A stretch of 63,902 nucleotides of DNA, the filler included, from Chiloscyllium plagiosum (lineage: Eukaryota), in NCBI RefSeq assembly GCF_004010195.1. It is 4 parts of one record of this genome, joined end to end, with 100 filler letters (N's around TTAATTAATTAA, not from the genome) between each part and the next. Parts side by side here need not be neighbours in the genome. Positions count along the whole stretch, not along the records: positions 18,954 to 42,583 come from NC_057712.1; 3 more parts are not named here. The stretch is one strand, 5' to 3'. Made by a program: the position numbers and the translations under genes. The notes beneath the pieces were generated by a model. It saw nothing but the letters and a program-made list of their open reading frames with translations, made no database searches and had not been told where the DNA came from. Shown here piece after piece: positions 24,201 to 38,900 of this stretch; the stretch's first letter is position 1, and each line of letters starts with the position of its first letter.

Positions 24201-26910
24201 CTATTACCCAAGTCATGTGCAAATTGGGATAGGGCAAATCGAATTAGAAAGATGAATGTGTAGCTCAAAGACTGTTTTGTGAGAAGTGGCACCAGCACTA
24301 GGGAAAGTGGGATCTGTACTGGATGGCTCTCACCTGAACCATGCTGGATAAACAGGGAAGTAGTGAGAATTCTAAACTAAATAGTGGAGGCAAGAGATCA
24401 AAGTTGAGACGATGTAGACCTAGACCATAAATTCAATTTTTTTCTGAATACTGCAGGCATTCAAGAGCCATCCATTTTCCCTGCTCACCACCGCATCAAA
24501 ACAGCACTTTTCAACCCTAGTACTGATGTCAGTGCTCCACAAACTGAAACCCAAGCCACATATTTCATTCCTTCAGTTAAATACTGTCAAGTATGAGGGG
24601 TGAGGATGTTGTAAATGACGACCCCAGGCACAGTCACATCACATGCCAAAGCAAGTGTAGGTACAAATAGGTAGGTCAGGTAACGTCTTGGGGCAGTATG
24701 AAGCCTGTGGAGTAAATGGGATTGGCTACTAGGAGGGGGGTTTAGATCTTTGGAGCTGACCATTATATTAAGCTGAAGCTGGAATCCACTGGCTGAGGAG
24801 GGCTTACTGACACTTTCCTTTGTGAGACAATGGTGGTTAGCCAGAGGAACAAGAAAGTTTTAAAAACCAACACAAGATGACCAAACAAAAAGTGGGAGAA
24901 GGGAAATGTTGAGCTTGCAAGTAATATCGAAGTGGACAGCAAAATGTAAAAAGCAAGAGAGATGCCAAAGTTGGTCCCTTTGAGAATGGGGCTGGGGAAA
25001 TAATAATAGGGAGCCAACAAAGGTTAGAGGTGTCGTTGATAGTATCGAGGGCTATTGCAGGCTGCAACGTGACATAGACAGGATGCAGAGCTGAGCTGAG
25101 AAATGGCAGATGGAGTTCAACCTGGAAAAATGCAAAGTGATGCATTTTCAAAGGTCGAACTTGAATGCTGAATATAGGATTAAAGACAGGAGTTTTGGCA
25201 GTGTGGAGAAACAGAGGGATCTTCGTGTTCAAATGTATAAATCCCTCAAAGTTGCCACTCAAATGGATAGGGTTGTTTTGGCTTTCATTAACAAGAGGAT
25301 CGAGTTTAAGAGCCACAAGGTTTTGCTGCAGCTCTACAAGACCCTGGTGAGAATACTGTGTCCAGTTCTGATCACCCTATTATAGGAAAGATACGAGGCT
25401 TTGGAAAGGGTGCAAAGAAGGTTTACCAGGATGCTGCCTGGACTGGACGGCTTGTCTTACGAAGAGAGGTTGACTAAGCTCGGACTTTTCTCGCTGGAGA
25501 GAAGGAGGAAGAGAGGTGACCTAATCGAGGTATACAAGGTAATGAGAGGCATGGATAGAGTCAACAGCCAGAGACCTTTCCCCAGGGCAGGGTTCACTGG
25601 CACGAGGGGTCCTAGTTTAAGGTATCAGGAGGAAGGTATAGAGGAGACATCAGAGGTAGGTTCTTTACGCAGAGAGTTGTGAATGCTTGGAATGCATTGC
25701 CAGCGGTGGTCATGGAAGCAGAGTCATTGGGGACATTTAAGTGACTGCTGGATATGCACATGGACAGCAGTGAATTGAGGGGTACGTAGATTCGGTTATT
25801 TTATTTTAGATTAGGAATAATCCTCGACACAACATTGTGGGCCGAAGGGCCTGTTCTGTGCTGTACTTTTCTGTGTAAAATGGCAAAGAAGTTAAATAAA
25901 AGATCAATTTATGCCTAGTCTTTGCATCCTGTCAACCAACCAGTTCTACTGTCCATGCCAATATGCTACCTCATATACTATGGGCATTTTCCTTTCCATA
26001 ATAACCATTGACATGGCACTTTATGAAATGCCTTCTGGAAATTTAAGAATAACACACCCATTAGTTCCCCTTTATCCACAGCACATGTTATTGCTTTAGG
26101 AGACTGTAACAGCCACAGCACCTCAACAGGCCACAGGTACACGCACAACCATTCACCTGGCACTGTATCCACACGACATGGCCCCAGCAACCTGCTGACA
26201 GCAGAATGAGATTCCTAAATGGCTTCTAAGTGATCACTTAACAGCTTCAATCATTCCCCAGAGTAAACTCAGAAACGTCATGAAGGCTTTCTACCCTTCC
26301 CCTTTCCACTCCATTATGAAGAATGCCCTACCTCCCTAGTTTACCTGGAAAGAGAGCTGGAGAAATTCAGCAGATCAATTGGCAAACTTCAAACCACATC
26401 ACCAAGATTTGCAATACCAGGAGCAGAAATAACTAGTCAGAAAGATAAATGAATAGATACTCACAGCCATCAGCCCAAGATTCTTCTTGTGAGCATAATT
26501 TATCATATGGGTTTGCAATGCATTGACCACTGCTTCGGGATAGGGCAGGCAGTCTGCCTGGAACTGTCGGCTTAACACCTTTATCATGCGCACACGTCTC
26601 TCCACGGTCATGTTTCTCATATCCATTATGTGCTCATTGTACACCTGCAACATGATCCTGAATTCCTGTGGAGTCCAGTCATGCTGCTTCACAGAAGTCT
26701 CAAAGTCCAACTCCATAGCTTGCTCCACCATGATACAGAAACGGTCAAAGCTTTGACTGTACGTTCTCACATGCACCAAGGCCGCATTTATCAAGTTATT
26801 CAATTCAACAAGCTAGAATTCAAGGGCAAATGAATCACAGTGATAAATAACAGCTTGCATGGGTGTCAGAAAGACATGAGAAAACAAAGCAAGAGAATGA
26901 GAGAGAGTGG

Positions 26911-26942
<32 letters not shown>

Positions 26943-29900
26943 CAGAATAGTTAGCTTGTGGCACAAACATTGAGCATCGTTAAAACAATTATGGTTGACA
27001 GTGAAGAAGCAGGCTTTGTTTAAATTTTAAACCAAGCAGGTAGGCTCTGATTAGTCAGGGTTTTGCCCCAAGAAATGAACCAGTAAATGCTCTCACCTAT
27101 TTTGTTGAGCCTAAACAGGCACCACGTATGTACATGTTCTTTCTCTCGGCAAGGATCAGGACCCTGTTATATTAATATTTGCACTGATTGTAATAAGTCA
27201 GAGTTCCCTAACTGGGGCTGTTAATCTGGTACAATCAGGGAGCCCTGGCTCTCAGATATAAATAGGAATGTCCGAGATTTTGTTCACGTGTAAATAAAGG
27301 GTGACTTGGTGACGGGATACTGGTGCCTGTGGAGTTATTTAAATAGTAATATGATTATAGCTGATCATCTAACTCAGCACCCTGTTCCCACTTCTGCCAC
27401 CCTTTGATTCCTTCATTTTCCAAGCAATATATATCGAACACCTTCTCGAAAATCACATTCACAATCACACTGTGTTGCACGCTTTGCAAGCATGGTCTGG
27501 TTAAAATGGACAGTATCCTGCCTGTTGTGAACAGCTGAATTGATGTGTTGTTTGACACAAACAAACAGTTTTCGGATCTGTACCTGCCCTGCAGCTGAGA
27601 CTTCAGACACTTCAGAAGGTTCCAACTCACTTAAAATTAAAAAGTTACTCAGGAAAAGTAAAAAAAAACTCTAACGCCTTAATAACTATTAAAATGAACC
27701 CCTAACTCACAACTGGTCCCTGAATCACTGACAACCCCAACCTGACCCCTACCCTATCAATCCCCACCCCCACTATCGCCATAAACCCAACAATGCCCCA
27801 CCCACCTGACCCATTACCCTCCTACAATCCAAATAGCATGAAATAATCTGACTAAAATCATTCAGAAAATAGTCATAGAAAGAGGAAGACATAATCTTAC
27901 TTGGTTCTGGTAGTGTGGATCTTGCCCAAACAGTCTGTCAGGATTGAGCAACAGCTTCTTTTTCTTGGACCGCTTTGTTTCCAGTTCTCTCTCATCAGAG
28001 AGTTTTAGTTCATACAGAGATTGGGAGTTAAACATGGACAAACGAGGCTCATCGATGAAGGCAATCAGCTTGCCTAAGATTACAAAAATACAAATTGGAT
28101 TGGTTGGATTTTACACATAATGTGTTATTCAATAATCAGACAAAATTATCCCTTGATTAACTGTTTTCTTATCACAAATATTTTAAAATCATATCTAAGG
28201 AGAATAAATGCTATTCTTGGCTTTTCTTTCAGGAAGTTCCTGCTGACTTGTGGTTCCACAGGTTTGGGTCGTCTCCCCTCTCCTCACACAAGTCACCAAT
28301 CCTCAGCTGCAAGCCCAGACAGACGGACGGACACACACACACACGAAAAATAATCTTTATTCAGTGCACTCTCTCCTCCCTACAGCCAGTTCAGTATAAA
28401 TGCATGGCTTCTAAATTAATGAAAAATGAAGCAGTTTCCCCCTTCTTGATCCACCACTGATAATTTTAAGTACCTTGATTAGATCTCCCCTTAACTTGCT
28501 CTGCTTTAAAGAAAATATCCCCAATTTCTACAATCTCTCCACAGAATTGAAGTTTCTCATCATGGGTTGATCTCCTCTACATCTTCTCCAAGGTTCTGGA
28601 ATAGTACTTCAAGTCTGGTGCCCAGAATTATTTGTTTTTTAAAAACATTTATTCCATTATGAGGATGTGGGCATTTGTTGCCCACCTCTAACTGGCTATT
28701 AGCTGAAAATTTCAGAAGGCAGTTAAGAAATCTGTAGTCACATATAGGCCAGACCAACTAAGGACAGAAAATTGATTTCCTTTAATATAGAGTTCTCAAC
28801 AGTGACCATTGATAATTGTCATTAATAAAACTAGTTTTCACTTCCAAATTTATTAATTCACTTTAAATTAAAGCTTTGAGAGAAAGTGAGGACTGCAGAT
28901 GCTGGACAGTCAAAGTCGAAAAGTGTGGTGCTGAAAAAGCATAGCAGGTCAGGCAGCATCCGAGGAGCAGGAGAATCAATGTTTCGAGCATAAGCCCTTC
29001 ACCAGNNNNNNNNNNNNNNAAGGAAGATGGACAGGTAGGACAGTTCAAGAGGATGGTGCCGAGTTGGAGGATTAGATCTGCAATGAGGTGGAGGGACGGG
29101 AGATGAGGAAATTGGTGAAGTTGAGATTGGAGGGTCCCAAGGCAGAAGATGAGATATTCCTCCTCCAGGCGTCAGGTGGTTAGGATCCACCAGTGGAGTA
29201 GGCCCAGGACTTGCATGTCCTTGGCGAAGGGGAGGGGGAGTTGAAGTGGTCGAACATAGGGCGGTGGGGTTGTTTGGGGCATGTGTCTCAGAGATGTTCC
29301 CTCATCTACTGTGTCGGTTGCTTTCGATGTGGTCTCCTCTACATTCGGGAGGCAGGATGCCAACTCGTAGAACATTTCAGAGAACAAAATAACCGGATCT
29401 CCTGTGGCCAACCACTTCAATTTCCCATCCCATTCTGACAAGGACATGCAAGTCCTGGGCCTCCTGCACAGCCAAATGCAAGCCACCCGACACCTAGAGG
29501 AAGAACGCCTCATACCCTCCAACCATACGGCATAAACATTGATTTCACCAGTTTCATCATCTCCCCTCCTCCACCTCATCCCAGATCTAACTCTCCAACT
29601 CGGCACAGCCTCTTGAACTGTCCTACCTATCGATCTTCCTTCCGACCTACCCGCTCCACACCCTTCGACCTATCACCATCACCCTCCTGCTCCATCTACC
29701 TTATCTCCAGCCCCATCTCCACCCTCCTATTTATCTCTCAGTCCCCTTTGCTCCCAACATTCTTGATGATGCGCTCATACCCAAAACGTCGACTCTCCTG
29801 TTTCCTCGGATGTTGCCTGATCTGCTGTGCTTTTCCAGCACCACACTTTTTGATTTTAAATTAAAGTCCACCAACTACAATTCTGGGATTCAAATCCAGA

Positions 29901-32900
29901 ACATTAGGCTGGTCCCCTGGATTATGAGTCCAGTGATATTACTACCATGACACTGTATTTTGCAGCAGTAACCTAAGCAATGAGTTGTAATTGTTTATCA
30001 TTACTTTATGATAATTTAAGATATGATAATTCTTGTAACTTGCTTGCTTTTGTATTCAGTACCCCTCCTTATAAAGCCAAGTATGTGTGAATTAACTTAA
30101 CCTATATTTGCTAATGATTTGCTTCTTACCAACAGTATATTCCAGTTTTCCGATTATGCTTTGTATGTGAAACCACAAATCTTCTGAGGTGGGGGACAAT
30201 GTAAATTGTACAGGTTTCTTGTATTCTGACCTATAACTTTAAAGAATCACACAGGCATATTAATCAAGAAGTTATTCTCACCATCTCACCAGAATTTAAA
30301 GATATCTGCTGAATAGCTGAAATAACTCTACAGAGGCTGATATGCCATCACTAAGTCATCCTTTATTTACATGTGCATAGTATTTGACACTGGTCCATCT
30401 CCCTCAGAGCCAGCTCTCAGAGCAAATAGAATCTCTAACTCACCTCTTTATTTTTTAAAAAAATGTTTTCTTTTTTCCCCCTTTACCCCCACACTACCGC
30501 CTAACTGCGGTAGTGCTTATTTTTACCCCAGCACCCATGTTGTGTGTGTGCGCAGGCGTGAGTACACACCTCTTTATTTTTTTTTTTTGCTCATTGACTT
30601 AATCTATCAATATCCCCTTGCAATTTTATGCTGTCATCTATACAGTCTACAATGCAGCCTAACTTTGTGTCATCCATAAATTATGATATATGACTTTCTG
30701 TGCCATCATCCATTTCCATAACAAATAACATCAATAATTGAGGCCCTAACACAAGTCCTTGTGAGACACAACTGGTTACATCCTGCCAATTGACTACCTA
30801 CCCATTATCTCTACTTTCTGTCGCCTGCCACTCAAACAATTTCCTAGCCGAGTCAGGAATTTGCCCTCAATTCTGTTGGCTTCTACCTACGTAAGTGGAC
30901 TACACCTCTTTATATCTGTCAGCAGGGGCTCCCTGATTGGACCAGATTAACAGCCTCAATGAGGGAACTCAGATTCTATGAGGTGCACCTAGCTGACTTC
31001 ATTACAATCTCGAAAGTATCTTTAATGGATCCCTCACAAATTCAGTTGGACAGTCAGACAAGGTCACAGTCCATCAAAATAAGCACTGTGCTGTTTCACA
31101 TTCTACAGAGAGATGCATCTGATGCACTGTCTAGATTGGAATAAAGCTGATGCATTTGATCAAAATAAATATTGAAGTTAATACATTGAATTCAGTTCTA
31201 CACTATCTGTGCCTGGAAACTGGTGTAGGTTATCTGTAATGAGTCATAAAATTGGGTTGACTCAGCTTCCTCTCTCTAACTGCCCCTATTTTTGAACTTG
31301 CTCCAATTTGCAGTCAGATGATTAGATTAGATTAGATTCACTACAGTGTGGAAACAGGCCCTTCGGCCCAACAAGTCAACACCGACCCTCCAAAGAGCAA
31401 CCCACCCAGACCCATTCCCCTACGATTAATGCATGCAACACTACCGGCAATTTAGCATGGCCAATTCACCTAACCTGCACACCTTTGGACTGTGGGAGGA
31501 AACCGGAGTGCCTGGAGGAAACCCATGCAGACACGGGGAGAATGCGCAAATCCCACACAGACAGTTGCCCAAGGCGGGAATTGAACCTGGGTCCCCTGGC
31601 GCCATTAGGCAGCAGTGCTAACCACTGAGCCACCATGCCGCGCCCCCCAAGATGATGGAAGCTCCTCCCAGATTTGGGCAAGTCCTTCACTACAACCGTC
31701 CTGTCCCTTCAATTCAGGAATGGCACACCACCTACTACTTCTTGAAAATATCTCACCCACAGTGCTATATGGTTTAGCATATCCGTTTTCACAATTAGCC
31801 CCCATTCCCACCCCCCACACCCATTACTCCCAACGTTCACCTCACAGGGTCACTTCATAGCCTTTCCTTCTCTAATATTCACTGGTCATTGACATAAGAG
31901 CAGAAGTAGGCCATTCAGCCCATCAAGTCTGCTCTACCAATCAATGAAATCATGGCTGATCTGATCATTCTCGGATCCACTTTCCTGCCTTACCCTCACA
32001 TCTGTCTATCTCAGCCTTGAGAATACTGAATGAATCAGCGACTGACAATTCTCTGTGGTAAAACTCACTGTAAACTTGAAAAAAAAATCATTTATCTTTC
32101 TTCAACCGTTGTATGCTGTGACCTTTAACTGATAAGTCAGAAACCTTTCATCAGAATACCAGCCCTCTGTATCTTTTGCAAACCATGGAAACATCTGGAG
32201 AAAGACGGCTGATGCAAAATGCTGGCCAGAAAAATGATAAGGATGATCTGAACAAGGGAACCTGGAAACCAAGTCGACTGAATTGTCTTTCCCATCTGCC
32301 CTCTCTGCCCATACTCTCTGTGTATGTAAGGGGAAGTTGAGAAGAGGATTAGACTTTTGATTAGTAATATTATATAGGAATAGTTTGTAACTGTTTAGCT
32401 GTGGCTAGAATCTAATTACTTATACTAAATAGTAATTCCTGTTCAGTACAGTGATCTGGTTCATGCTTTACATAGAACATGGAACAGTACAGCACAGTAA
32501 CAGGCCCTTCAGCCCACAGTGTTCTGCCGAACATGCCTGCCCTTGATCTATACCTCTCCATTGCTTGCATATTCACATGCTTATCTTAAAGTCCTTTCAG
32601 TGTCCCTACTGTATCTGCATCCACCACCAACCCTGGCAGCACGCTCCTACTACTCTCTGTGTAAAAAACTTGCCTCTCACATCTCTTTGGAACTTTCATC
32701 CATTCACCTTAAATGCAAGCCTTTGAGTATTAGGCATTTCAACACTGGGAAAAAGATTCGGACTGGCGCCCTTATCTAACAATTCTCCCCTCAACATCTG
32801 CTGCTCCAGAGAAAACAACCCAAGATTTTCCAGCCCTTCCTCAGAGCTCATACCCTCTAATCAAGGCAGCATGCTTCTGCACCCCTTCTAAAGCCTCCAC

Positions 32901-35900
32901 ATATAAAGTCCTAGGGACTGTTGCTGAATAAAGAGACATTGGAATGCAAGTTCATAGTTCCTTGAAAGTGGAGTCGAATGTAGATAGGATAGTGAAGAAG
33001 GTGTTTGATATAGAACGTAGAACATCGAACAATACAGCACAGAACAGGCCCTTCAGCACTCAATGTTGTGCCGCCTTATAAACTAATCTAAGCTCATCTC
33101 CCTACACTATCCCATCATCATCCATGTGCTTATCTAAGGATTGTTAAATCTCCCTGATGTGGCTGAGTTAACTACACTGGCAGGTAGGGCATTCCACACC
33201 CTTACCACTCTCTGAGTAAAGAACCTGCCTCTGACATCTGTCTTAAATCTATCACCCCTCAATTTGTAGCTATGCCCCCTCGCCCAAGCTGACGTCATCA
33301 TCCTAGAAAAACGACCTTCACTGTCTACCCTATCTAATTCTCTGATCATCTTGTATGACCCTATCAAATCCCCTCTTAGCCTTCTTCTTTCCAATGAGAA
33401 CAGACCCAAGTCTCTCAGCCTTTCCTCATAAGACCTTCCCTCCAGACCAGGCAACATCCTGGTAAATCTCCTCTGCACCTTTTCCAATGCTTCCACATCC
33501 TTCCTGAAATATGGCAACCAGAACTGTACACAATATTCCAAGTGTGGCCGCACCAGCGTTTTGTATAGTTGCAGCATGATATTGCGGCTCCGGAACTCAA
33601 TCCCTCTACCAATGAAACCTAACACACTGTATGCCTTCCTAACAGCACTATCAACCTGGGTGGCAACTTTCAGGAATCTATGTACATGGACTCCAAGATC
33701 CTTCTGCACATCCTCACTACCAAGAATCTTTCCATTGACCCAGTACTCTGCCTTCCTGTTATTCTTCCCAAAATGCATTACCTCATATTTGGGCTGCATT
33801 GAACTCCATTTTCCACCTCTCAACCCATATCTGCAGTTTATCCAAGTCCCCCTGCAACCTGTAACACTCTTCCACACGATCCACTACTCCACCGACTTTA
33901 GTGTCATCTGCCTATGCCTGCATCTAATTCATTTATAACAGCAGTGGTCCCAAAACAGATCCTTGTGGCACATTACTAGTAACCAGACTCCAGGATGAAT
34001 ATTTTCCATCAACCACCACTCGCTACCTTCTTTCAGAAAGCCAGTTTCTAATCCAAACTACTAAATTACCCTCAAATTCATACCTCTGCATTTTTTCCAA
34101 CAGCCTACCTTGTGGAACCTTATCAAAGGCTTTACTGAAGTCCATGTACACCACGTTAACTGCCCTACCTTGGTCACCTTCTCAAAAAACTCAATGAGGT
34201 TTGTGAGACACAACCTACCCTTGACGAAACTATGTTGACTATCTGAAATCAAATTGTTGCTTGCTAGATGACTATAAATCCTATCTCTTATAGTCCTTTC
34301 CAAAACTTTTCCTAAAACAGAATTAAGGCTCACTGGTCTATAATTACCTGGGTCATCTCTACTGCTCTTCTTGAACAAGGGCACAACATTTGCAATCCCC
34401 CAGTCCTCTGCTACTAAACCTGTAGACAATGTCGACTCAAAGATCAAAGCCAAAGGCTCCGCCATCTCCTCCCTAGCTTCCTAGGGAATCCGCGGATAAA
34501 TCCCACCCGGCCCAGGGAACTTGTCTACTTTCACTCCTTCCAGAATTGATAACACCTCTTCCTTACTAACCTCGATCGCTTCTAGTCTAATATCTCATAT
34601 CTCATTCTTCTCCTTTACAATATTCTCCTTTTCCTGAGTGAAAACCAATGAGAAATGTTCATTTAGCACCTCTCCGATCTCCATAGGGTCCACACACAAT
34701 TTCCACTTCTGTCTTTGACTGGTTCTATTCCTACTCTAGTCATCCTTTTATTCCTCACATGCCTATGGAAAGCTTTAGAGTTCTCCTTTATTCTACCTGC
34801 TAAAGACTGCTCATGTCCTCACTTTGCTCTTCTTAACTCTCTCTTTAAATCCTTCCTCGCTAATCTAGAACTCTCCATTGCCTCATCTGAACCATCTTGT
34901 TTCATCGTCACATAAGCCTCCTTCTTCTGCTTAACTAGAGTTGCAAGTTCTGTAGTAAACCACGGTTCCCTTACCTTGTCAGTTCCTCAAAGTATCCTTG
35001 CTTTTATTGGTAAGTGCATTAAGTATAGGAGTTAGAAGGTAATGTGGCTGATGTAAAAGACATTGTTAAGGCCATGTTTGAAATACTAGATTGAATTCTG
35101 GTTTCCCTGCTATAGGAAGGATGTGAAACTTAAAAGCGTTCAGAAAAGATTTACAGGGGGTTGGAGGATTTGAGCTAAAGGGAGAGCTGAATAGACTGGG
35201 GTTATTTTCCCTGGTGCATCAGAGGCTGAGTGGTGACCTTGTAGAGATCTATAAAATCATGAGGGTGAATAGCCAAGGTCTTTTCCCCGGGATGGGAGAG
35301 TCCAAAATTTTCATGCAGAGGGTGGTGCATGTATGGAGTGAGTTGCCAAAGGAAGTGGTGGTGGCTGGTACAGTTACAACTTTTAAAAGGATTCTGGAAT
35401 AGGTATATGAATAGAAGGGTTTAAAGTGATATGAGACAAATGCTGGCAAATGGGACTGGATTAATTTAGGATACTGGTTAGCATTGAAGAGTTGGACTGA
35501 AGGGTCTGTTTCTGTGCTGTACAAATCTATGACTCTATGACATCCTTCCTGAAATGTGGCGACCAGAATTGAACACAATACTCTTTGTGTGGCCTAACCT
35601 AAGGCTTGCAAAGCTGCAACATGACATCCTGACTCTTGTACTCAATTTCCTGACCAATAAAGGCAAGCATGCCATATGCCTTCTTTACCAACCTATCTCA
35701 TTGTGTGGCCACTTTCAGGGAGCTATAGATCCCTCCGTATATCAATGCTGTTCAGGGTCCTGCCACTAATTGTATACTTTACCTTAACATTTGATCTCCC
35801 AAAATACAGCATCTCACACTTACCCGGATGAAACTTCATCTTTCTATCAACTCGGTTGGCATTGTGGCTCAGTGGTTAGCACAGCTGCTTCACACTGCCA

Positions 35901-38900
35901 GAGACTCGGGTTCAATTCCAGCCTCGGGCGACTGTCTATGTTGAGTTTGCACATTCTCCCTGTGTCTGCGTGGGTTTCCTCCCGCAGTCCAAAGATGTGC
36001 AGGTTAGGTGAGTTGGCCAATGCTAAATTGTCCATAGTGTTCAGGGATAGGTTGGCTAGGTGCATTAGTTATGGGCAAATATAGAGTTATACGGTAGGGA
36101 AATTTGTCTGGGTGGGTTACTCTTTGGAAGGCAAATTGCATGATGGCCTTCATTGCGAGAGGATATGAGTCTAGGAACAATGATATCTTGCTGTAAATAT
36201 GCAGGACACTGGTGAAGCCACACTTTGAATATTGTATGCAGTTTTGGTCTCACTATCTAAAGAAGGATGTTCTTGCTATGAAGAGAGTTAAGCAAAGGTT
36301 TACAAGATTGATTATTGGGAAGGCAGGATTGATATACGAGGGGAAATTGAGTTAGTTAGGATTGTATTCGCTGGAGTTTGGAAGGATGAGGAGATTCGCA
36401 TCGAAACACGTGAAATTCTAACAGAGCTAGAAACAAGCAATTAGGAAGGCTAAAATCCTTCTATACACTTGCCATGAAATGTTCTTGGCAAGTAGGATTA
36501 AGAAGAATCCCAAAGCACTTCATATGTATATTGTGAGCAAGAGGTAACTAAGGGATGGGTTGGTCCTCTAAAGGACAAGGAGGGAATTTATGCATGGAGC
36601 CAGAGGAAATAGGTGAGGTCCTTAATGATTTGGATGAAAATGTAGGTGGTCTGATTAGTAAGTTCGTGAATAGGTGGAGTTGTGGATAGTGAGGAATGCT
36701 GTTAAAGGATACAGAAGGATATAGATCAATTGGAAAGTTGGTTAGAGAAAAAACATCTGCCGTTTAATCTGGACAAGTGTGAGCTGATGCTTTTTGGGAG
36801 GTGAAATGAAGAGGAAAATACATGTAAATGGCAGGACCCTTAAGAGCATTGATATACAGAGGGATTGTGGGTACAAGTCTATAGCTCCCTGATAGTTGCA
36901 ACACAAGTGGATAAGGTGGTAAAGAAGGTGAACTGCCTTCATTGTTCGGGCATAAAAGTTGGCAAATCATGTTGCAGCTCTACATGGTGGGCTGAAGGGC
37001 CTATTCCCATGCTGTGCTGTTCTATGTTCAATGTTTTGTGTCTAGACAGGTTAGATGCAGTAAATATGTTCCCAATGGAAATTCTAGAACCAGGGGTCAT
37101 AGTTTAAAGACAAAGGAAAGACCTTTTCCAACTGAAATGAGGAGAAATTTCTTCATGCAGAGTGTGGTGAGCCTGTTGAATTCACTATCACAGAAAGTGG
37201 TTGAAACCAAAACATTCTGTGTTTTCAATAAGGAGGTAGACATAGATCTTGTGGATAAAGGGATCAAGTATATAGGGGAGTGCGGGATTAGGGCATTTTG
37301 CTCAGTGGTCATACTGAATGGCAGTGCAGGTTTGAGTTATCAAATGGCCTACTCCTGCTCCTATTGTCTATGTTTCTAAAATCCTGAAACTCCTTCCAAA
37401 ACAGCATTGTGGGATTTCTGATACCCAAAGGCCTACAGCAGTTCAAGACAACTCACCATCACCTTTTCACCATCACCATTATAATTTAGGGATGAGTAAG
37501 ACCTGGCCGAGTCAGCAGCACCCATGTCCAATGGGAATGTCTTTTGATCAGTGCTCTGACACTCCTGGAAAGTCGTTTCCGATGATTGATAAAATTGAAC
37601 AAGTGAAATTTATTGCTTTTGTCATTTACCTGTCATCTACATTGTCTTCAATTTCAATGTCACTTTCTGCAGAAACAAACAAACATTACAGTTACAGTTT
37701 TCCTAAGATCTGCAGAGGCAACTACACTAAATATAGTGAGCTGTTCAAAACTTATTCATCATTTGATAAGTCATTTGTTTCCTGTAAACAGGATATAAAA
37801 CATTACACCGCAGTACAGGTCCTTTAACCCTCAATGTTGTGCTGACCTGTGAAACCAATCTAAAGCCCATCTAACCAATACTATTCCATTATAAGCCATA
37901 TAAATATCCAATGACCCTAATGTTGGAAAGTCCACTACCGTTGCAGGCAGTGCATTCCACACTCTTGCCACTCTCTGAGTAAAGAACCTACCTCTGACAT
38001 CTGTCCTATATCTATCACCCCCTCGATTTAAAGCTATGTCTCCTCATGTTAGTCATCATCATCTGAGGAAAAAGGCTCTCACTGTCCATCCTATCTCCCC
38101 TCTGATCATCTTGTATGCCTCCATTAAATCACCTCTTAACCTTCTTCTCTCTAATGAAAACAGCCTCAAGTCCCTCAGCCTTTCCTCATAAGAGCTTCCC
38201 TCCATACCAGCCAACATCCTAGTAAATCTCCTCTGAACCCTTTCCAAAGCTTCCACATCCTTCATATAATGCGGTGACCAGAACTGCATGTAATACTCCA
38301 AGTGCAGCCGCACCAGAGTTTTGTACAGCTGCGGCATGACCATATGGGTCTAAAACTCAATCCCTCTACCAATAAAAGCTTACACACCGTACGCCTTCTT
38401 AACAATCATACCAACCTGGGTGGCAACGTTCAGGGATCTATGCACATGGACACTGAGATCTCTGCTCATCCACACTACCAAGAATCTTATCATTAGCCCA
38501 GTATTTTGTATACCTGTTATTCCTTCCAAAGTGAATCACCTCACACTTTTCTGCATTAAACTCTATTTGCCACCTCTCAGCCCAGCTCTGCAGTTTATCC
38601 AGGTCCCTCTGTAACCTGCAGCATCCTTCAGCACTGTCCACAACTCCACTGACTTTAGTGTCATCAGCGAATTTACTAACCCTCCTTCGATGCCCTCATC
38701 CAAGTCATTTATAAAAATGACAAACAGCAGTGCTCCCAAAACAGATCCTTACAGTATGCCTTCTTATGCCTCTGTCTTCTTACAGCTAGCCAATTTCAGA
38801 TCCAAACTGCTAAATCAACCTCAATCCCATGTCTCCAGTAGCCTACCGTGGGGAACCTTATCAAACACCTTACTGAAATCCATATGCACCACATCAACCA

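Noticed and set aside
33134..33877. Long RT-like ORFs (also 6694-7341, 54537-55145, 58752-59330) as host or active genes
   Set aside because: Fragments of frameshifted, truncated CR1 ORF2 copies; no intact ORF2 in the window.
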